Below, one piece after another: positions 59,241 to 64,000 of a stretch of 64,000 nt of DNA (its first letter is position 1; every line of letters begins with the position of its first letter). Both the position numbers and the translations under genes were made by a program. Where the stretch lies: contig JAKSRX010000001.1 of the NCBI GenBank assembly GCA_024403365.1, positions 401 to 64,400 on the forward strand, in the 5' to 3' direction. The notes under the pieces are model-generated. The model ran no database searches. It saw nothing but the letters and a program-made list of their open reading frames with translations, and was not told the origin of the DNA. The stretch comes from Acetatifactor sp. (GTDB lineage: Bacteria; Bacillota; Clostridia; Lachnospirales; Lachnospiraceae).

Positions 59241-60914
59241 CTAAACCTCCATAATGATGGGTAAGATCATGGGACGACGCTTGGTCTTCTTCCATACGAA
59301 CTCGCCCAGAGCATCCTTGGTGGCGCTCTTTAATTTGCCCCAGTCGGTGATATGTCTGTCAAAACATCTCTGCAATGCTTCATCCACCACACTGCGAGCC
59401 TCCTCGATCAGTTCATCGGATTCCTTCACGAATACGAAACCGCGGGATACGATATCGGGTCCTGCCAGAAGTTCTCCGGTACAGCTGTCAAGGCTCATAA
59501 CTACTACCATGATACCGTCCTCTGCCAGATGCTGACGGTCACGCAGTACCACATTTCCTACATCGCCTACGCCCAAACCATCTACCAGGATCGCTCCGAC
59601 AGGTACCTTTCCGGTGACTTCAGCGCTCTCTTCATCCAGTTCCAGCACGTCGCCGGAGGAAAGGATGTAGGTGTTCTCCTTGGGAATTCCCAGAGTCTGT
59701 GCGATCTTCGCCTGTGCCTTCAGATGCTTGTACTCACCGTGAACGGGGATCGCATACTTGGGGCGGATCAGGGTATACATCAGCTTGATCTCTTCCTGGC
59801 AGGCATGTCCGGATACATGAGCATCCTGGAAAATAACATCTGCGCCCTTTCTGAGAAGCTCATTGATGACCTTGGTCACGGACTTTTCGTTGCCGGGAAT
59901 AGGATTGGAGGAGAAAATAACGGTATCTCCCGCACCGATGGTGATCTTTCTGTGAACACCGTTTGCCATACGGCTCAATGCCGCCATGCTCTCACCCTGG
60001 CTGCCGGTGGTAATGATGACCTGCATATTCTCAGGGTAGTTCTTCATCTGGTCCAGTTCTACCAGTGTATTGTCAGGAATGCTGATGCACTCCAGATTTC
60101 TTGCGGTCTCAATGATATTGACCATGCTGCGGCCTTCCACCGCTACCTTCTTGCCGAACTTGAAGGCGGTATTGATGATCTGCTGTACACGGTCTACATT
60201 GGAAGCAAAAGTTGCCACGAAGATACGGGTATTCTTATGCTCCTCAAACAGGTTGTCAAAGGTCTTGCCGACTGTACGCTCGGAAGGAGTAAAGCCGGGG
60301 CGCTCCGCATTGGTGGAATCGCACATCAGGGCCAGCACGCCCTTCTTGCCCAGCTCTGCAAAACGCTGCAAGTCTATGGCATCACCGAATACCGGTGTAT
60401 AGTCCACCTTGAAGTCACCGGTGTGGATCACGGTACCCGCAGGGGAAGTGATCGCCAGTGCTGCCGCATCTACGATACTGTGGTTGGTTCTGATAAACTC
60501 TACTTTAAAGTCTCCCAGATTTACGGTCTGACCGAATTTTACTACTTTTCTCTTGGTTCCCTTGATCAGATCATGCTCACGGAACTTGTTCTCAATGATA
60601 CCCATGGTCAGACGGGTCGCATAGATCGGCACGTTGATCTGCTTCAAGACATAAGGCATCGCGCCGATATGATCCTCATGTCCGTGGGTGATGACAAAGC
60701 CCTTGACCTTGTCGATATTATCCTGCAGGTATGTGATGTCGGGGATGACCAGATCGATTCCCAGCATATCATCTGCGGGAAAAGCCAGTCCGCAATCCAC
60801 GACAACTATACTGTCTTCGTACTCGAAGGCAGTTATGTTCATACCAATCTGCTCCAAGCCACCCAAAGGAATGATCTTTAACTTGGAGCCTGTGATTGAC
60901 TCTTTTTTCTTCAA
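59241..60914 (-). CDS. rnj: Ribonuclease J
   Basis: PLGGLEQIGMN, THGHEDHIG, HTGDFK, TGSQGE, HVSGH; likely TTG start at 60914 after GGAGG. Confidence 0.95.
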   Translation of the reverse strand: MKKKESITGSKLKIIPLGGLEQIGMNITAFEYEDSIVVVDCGLAFPADDMLGIDLVIPDITYLQDNIDKVKGFVITHGHEDHIGAMPYVLKQINVPIYATRLTMGIIENKFREHDLIKGTKRKVVKFGQTVNLGDFKVEFIRTNHSIVDAAALAITSPAGTVIHTGDFKVDYTPVFGDAIDLQRFAELGKKGVLALMCDSTNAERPGFTPSERTVGKTFDNLFEEHKNTRIFVATFASNVDRVQQIINTAFKFGKKVAVEGRSMVNIIETARNLECISIPDNTLVELDQMKNYPENMQVIITTGSQGESMAALSRMANGVHRKITIGAGDTVIFSSNPIPGNEKSVTKVINELLRKGADVIFQDAHVSGHACQEEIKLMYTLIRPKYAIPVHGEYKHLKAQAKIAQTLGIPKENTYILSSGDVLELDEESAEVTGKVPVGAILVDGLGVGDVGNVVLRDRQHLAEDGIMVVVMSLDSCTGELLAGPDIVSRGFVFVKESDELIEEARSVVDEALQRCFDRHITDWGKLKSATKDALGEFVWKKTKRRPMILPIIMEV

Positions 60915-60954
60915 TTTTAAAACCTCCATGGTGTTCGGGCGCCCCGAATCACCT

Positions 60955-61224
60955 TTATTCAGACTTGAGATCTACATCCTCAAGCATATTTGCAAAAACG
61001 CCTGCCACTGCGTCCAGTTCGTCGTCATCGTCAACGATGGTATACACTGCTTCCGCATCTCCGTCCTTGGAAGTATCCTTCAGGATCAGTGCTTCACCGT
61101 CGCCCTCTTCTTCATCAGTGACAAGAATATAGTCTACACCGCCGATTCTGGTCTGCTCCAGAACAAAAAACTCCACGTATTCCTCTTCACTCAGTGCAAA
61201 CTTGATTTTCTCCTGCTTAATCAT
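60955..61224 (-). CDS. DUF1292 (YrzB-like) acidic protein
   Basis: EFFVLEQTRIGGVDYILV, DDDELDAV; follows ruvX; ATG 61224. Confidence 0.8.
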   Translation of the reverse strand: MIKQEKIKFALSEEEYVEFFVLEQTRIGGVDYILVTDEEEGDGEALILKDTSKDGDAEAVYTIVDDDDELDAVAGVFANMLEDVDLKSE

Positions 61225-61238
61225 TACTGTTCCTCTTT

Positions 61239-61266
61239 TTTGTGCCGATTCCTGTGGAATCGGTGC
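61239..61266. repeat. Third copy of the REP-like palindrome
   Basis: TTTGTGCCGATTCCTGTGGAATCGGTGC, near-identical to the units at 56488 and 56522. Confidence 0.7.
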
Positions 61267-61283
61267 GTGCATAGTTTATATTT

Positions 61284-61727
61284 TTACTGTACGCTATCTT
61301 TATTCTCCATGCTGCGTCTGTCCAGGTAACCCTGCAAGATCAGTGTCGCAGCGATCATATCCACATAGTCTTTGCGATTCTCACGGCGAATACCTGCCTC
61401 CATCATGGTTCTGTCGGCAGCAACCGTGGTCAGTCTCTCGTCCCACATATGAACAGGCAAACCTGTTCTTCTCTCCAGTTTCTCACGAAATTCCTGGGTC
61501 AGTTCCACACGAATTCCCTCTGTGGCATTCATATTCTTAGGCAGTCCCAGAACGATCTCCTGCACGTCGTTCTGCACGATCAGTTCCTCAATACGGGCCA
61601 GGGTCTGTCTCAACTTATTCTCTTCCTTGCGTCGGATGATCTCCACGCCCTGGGCAGTGATCAGCAGAGGATCGCTGATAGCAACCCCCACAGTTTTAGA
61701 CCCGAAATCCAGTCCCATGATTCTCAT
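61284..61727 (-). CDS. ruvX: YqgF/RuvX (pre-16S rRNA nuclease)
   Basis: [42 protein letters not shown]. Confidence 0.93.
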   Translation of the reverse strand: MRIMGLDFGSKTVGVAISDPLLITAQGVEIIRRKEENKLRQTLARIEELIVQNDVQEIVLGLPKNMNATEGIRVELTQEFREKLERRTGLPVHMWDERLTTVAADRTMMEAGIRRENRKDYVDMIAATLILQGYLDRRSMENKDSVQ

Positions 61728-61753
61728 ATGTCGATCCGCCTTTCCAAGCTTGT

Positions 61754-62017
61754 CTATTTCCAGTTCTTGTTACGAATGTACTCTGTGATCAGTTCTTCCA
61801 CAAGCTCGTCTCTCTCCACCTTCATGATCAGGCTGCGGGCGTTCTTGTAGCTGGTGATATAAGTGGGATCTCCACTCATAATGTAACCAACGATCTGATT
61901 CACGGGATTGTAACCCTTCTCCGTAAGTGCTTCGTATACAGCAGAAAGTACGACCTTTGCCCCGGTCTCGGGCTCTGACTCTACTTTAAAATACTGTGTA
62001 TTCCCCACGTTGTTCAT
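61754..62017 (-). CDS. ireB: IreB/ReoM (DUF965) regulatory phosphoprotein
   Basis: [26 protein letters not shown]. Confidence 0.92.
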   Translation of the reverse strand: MNNVGNTQYFKVESEPETGAKVVLSAVYEALTEKGYNPVNQIVGYIMSGDPTYITSYKNARSLIMKVERDELVEELITEYIRNKNWK

Positions 62018-62102
62018 AGTCTACCATACCTTTCGCAAATAAATGCCTATTCCCACCAAGTACCATTCTATAAGTGTAACGCATTTTGTGAAAAAAAACA
62101 AG

Positions 62103-63515
62103 TTACATCAGAATATCTTCCGCAAAGAAGCCGGTGACAGCCACTGTAACAACAGTGTTTTCTCCGATTCCCTCCCCCGCGGGAACCGCTACCTTCACAT
62201 AATCCTTTGTGTGTCCCAGGTAGTAGATCTGTCCGTCCTTCTCGATGCGCTCCTCCAGCAGAACCTCTGCTTCCTTCCCTATGTATCTGCGGCGATATTC
62301 GTCGGAATGGCGCTTCTCCATCTCCAGAAGGATAGCACTTCTTTGTTTTTTCACAGGTTCCGGCACCTGATCGGACATTCTCGCTGCCACGGTGCCTGCG
62401 CGCTTGGAATACTGGAAGATATGCATCTCATAGAAGTGGATCTTCTCTAAAAATGCCTTGGTCGTCTCAAATTCTTCCTCGGTCTCTCCGGGGAATCCTA
62501 CGATCACATCGGTGGTGATGGCAGGACTTTCGAAAGCGGCGCGCAAATATTCCACGCTTCTGTAGTATTCCTCCGCGGAGTACTTTCTATTCATTCTCTT
62601 CAGGGTAGCATCACATCCGCTCTGAAGGGACAGATGGAAGTGAGGGCAGACCTTGGATAAATTGGCCAGGCGCTTCGCGTTCTCCTCTGTAACGATCCTG
62701 GGCTCTAAGGAGCCGATGCGGATCCTCTCCACGCCTTCCACTTCGTGCAGCATCTCCACCAGGTCGATGAGTTTGCTCTCACCGGTATATTCAGGGCGCT
62801 CGCCGGTGCCCAGTTCCTTGCTTTCTCCTCTCTCCCAGGCCTCGCTGTCAAAGTCGATGCCGTAGGAGCTGATATGGATACCTGTCAGCACGATCTCCTT
62901 GTAACCCTTTGCCACGATACCCTTCACCTCGCGAAGCACGTCCTCCGCCTTGCGGCTTCTGACTCTGCCTCTCGCATAGGGGATGGCACAGTAGGAGCAG
63001 AACTGATTGCAGCCGTCCTGCACCTTGATGTAAGCTCTGGTGTGCTCTGCGGTCTGGGTCAGCTGCATCTCCTCATACTCGTAGGTATGATTGATGTCGG
63101 GAATGGTGGTCGCTCCCAGGGTCTTCAGGTTCTCGGATACAGGCTCCGCACTGTCAGACTGAAGTTCTCTCTGTCGCAGATATTCCTCCAGGATCTCAAC
63201 GATATCCTTCTTACGATTGTTGCCGATGGCCAGGTCTACGCTGGTGTCACTTTCCACAGCCTGCTGCCCGGTCTGCACATAGCAGCCTACCGCAACCACA
63301 ACCGCTTCCGGATTCATCTGCTTCGCACGGTGCAGCATCTGACGGCTCTTTCTGTCCGCCATATTGGTCACGGTACAGGTATTCACGATATAGATATCCG
63401 CCTTCTGATCGAAGGATACGATCTCATATCCCTTTTCCTGCAGTCTCTGCTGCATGACTTCTATTTCATAGGAGTTTACCTTGCATCCAAGATTATGTAA
63501 TGCAACACTTTTCAT
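62103..63515 (-). CDS. mtaB: tRNA t6A37 methylthiotransferase MtaB
   Basis: LGCKVNSYE, NTCTVT, CNQFCSYC, HFHLSLQSG, IVGFPGET. Confidence 0.93.
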   Translation of the reverse strand: MKSVALHNLGCKVNSYEIEVMQQRLQEKGYEIVSFDQKADIYIVNTCTVTNMADRKSRQMLHRAKQMNPEAVVVAVGCYVQTGQQAVESDTSVDLAIGNNRKKDIVEILEEYLRQRELQSDSAEPVSENLKTLGATTIPDINHTYEYEEMQLTQTAEHTRAYIKVQDGCNQFCSYCAIPYARGRVRSRKAEDVLREVKGIVAKGYKEIVLTGIHISSYGIDFDSEAWERGESKELGTGERPEYTGESKLIDLVEMLHEVEGVERIRIGSLEPRIVTEENAKRLANLSKVCPHFHLSLQSGCDATLKRMNRKYSAEEYYRSVEYLRAAFESPAITTDVIVGFPGETEEEFETTKAFLEKIHFYEMHIFQYSKRAGTVAARMSDQVPEPVKKQRSAILLEMEKRHSDEYRRRYIGKEAEVLLEERIEKDGQIYYLGHTKDYVKVAVPAGEGIGENTVVTVAVTGFFAEDILM

Positions 63516-63569
63516 AGAAAACCTCTCATATCGTACTATTTATTTGGAGTAATCGTGCATTCTTTGTCC

Positions 63570-63598
63570 TTGACTTTTAGAATTGTAACTTATATTAT
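63570..63598 (+). promoter_or_regulatory. Sigma-A promoter of the HPr-like gene
   Basis: TTGACT-17 nt-TATTAT, followed by AGGAGG RBS. Confidence 0.55.
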
Positions 63599-63640
63599 GT
63601 ACTCAGAAGGTATGATATTTCATTCAGGAGGTAATATAAA

Positions 63641-63871
63641 ATGAAAACAGTACAGATTTGCTTAAATTCTATCGACAAGGTTAAGTCCTTCGTAAATGAC
63701 ATTACCAAGTTTGATTATGACTTTGATCTGGTATCCGGCAGATACGTTATCGATGCTAAGTCCATCATGGGTATCTTCAGCCTTGACCTTTCCAAGCCTA
63801 TCGACCTGAACATTCATGCAGAGGACGGCGCTGATGATGTACTTGCTGTTCTGAAGCCTTACATCGTTTAA
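63641..63871 (+). CDS. HPr-like protein lacking His15
   Basis: IDAKSIMGIFSL (Ser46 motif); strong RBS; own terminator. Confidence 0.85.
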   Translation: MKTVQICLNSIDKVKSFVNDITKFDYDFDLVSGRYVIDAKSIMGIFSLDLSKPIDLNIHAEDGADDVLAVLKPYIV

Positions 63872-63894
63872 TCGATACCAACAAAAGAATGAAT

Positions 63895-63931
63895 AAAGCT
63901 CCGAAGGACTCGATCACTTCGGAGCTTTTTT
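63895..63931 (+). terminator. Bidirectional intrinsic terminator
   Basis: AAAGCTCCGAAG/CTTCGGAGCTTT stem followed by a T-run. Confidence 0.8.
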
Positions 63932-63940
63932 ATTGCCTTT

Positions 63941-64000
63941 TTATTCTACAATAATCAGTTCGTCAGTCTCAAGCGCAGTCTGAACCAGCTCCTCAATCTT
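63941..64000 (-). CDS. C-terminal end of a gene entering from beyond the window (possibly ThiI)
   Basis: Minus frame KIEELVQTALETDELIIVE*; identity guessed from context only. Confidence 0.4.
   Translation of the reverse strand, partial: KIEELVQTALETDELIIVE

Overview
Chromosomal window from a Gram-positive anaerobe; gene order and content suggest Clostridia, probably Lachnospiraceae (inference). Almost every gene is on the minus strand. In coordinate order: a secreted glucosaminidase-like wall protein cut by the window edge; a Wzy-type surface-polysaccharide locus (priming transferase, six GT2/GT4 enzymes, EpsG/Wzy, degenerate Wzz/Wzc, several polytopic GT-C-like proteins, GtrB-like GT) beside a stand-alone Spo0A DNA-binding-domain gene; HPr, cdaR-cdaA, a membrane protein with a Tyr/acidic repeat tail, comF, recD2, mbl/mreB, uvrA, uvrB (LexA box); a two-gene signalling cassette (ECF S-component-like domain + beta-propeller/Y_Y_Y sensor + HD-GYP, coupled to an orphan BMP-family binding protein); pseG-like, ctpA, M23 peptidase, ftsXE, PucR/CdaR-type regulator; accessory genes (thioesterase, CPBP, ORFan, esterase + GH43, MBL hydrolase); tRNA-Gln(CTG), type III glnA, ktrAB with a structured intergenic element; and the mtaB-ireB-ruvX-DUF1292-rnj-ylbF-mini-mltG-trmR-U32 block. 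I saw no CRISPR array, integrase, transposase or prophage gene. The best candidate for an undescribed system is the S-component/propeller/HD-GYP + BMP cassette (30459-35185). All calls come from motif recognition by eye; no searches were run.
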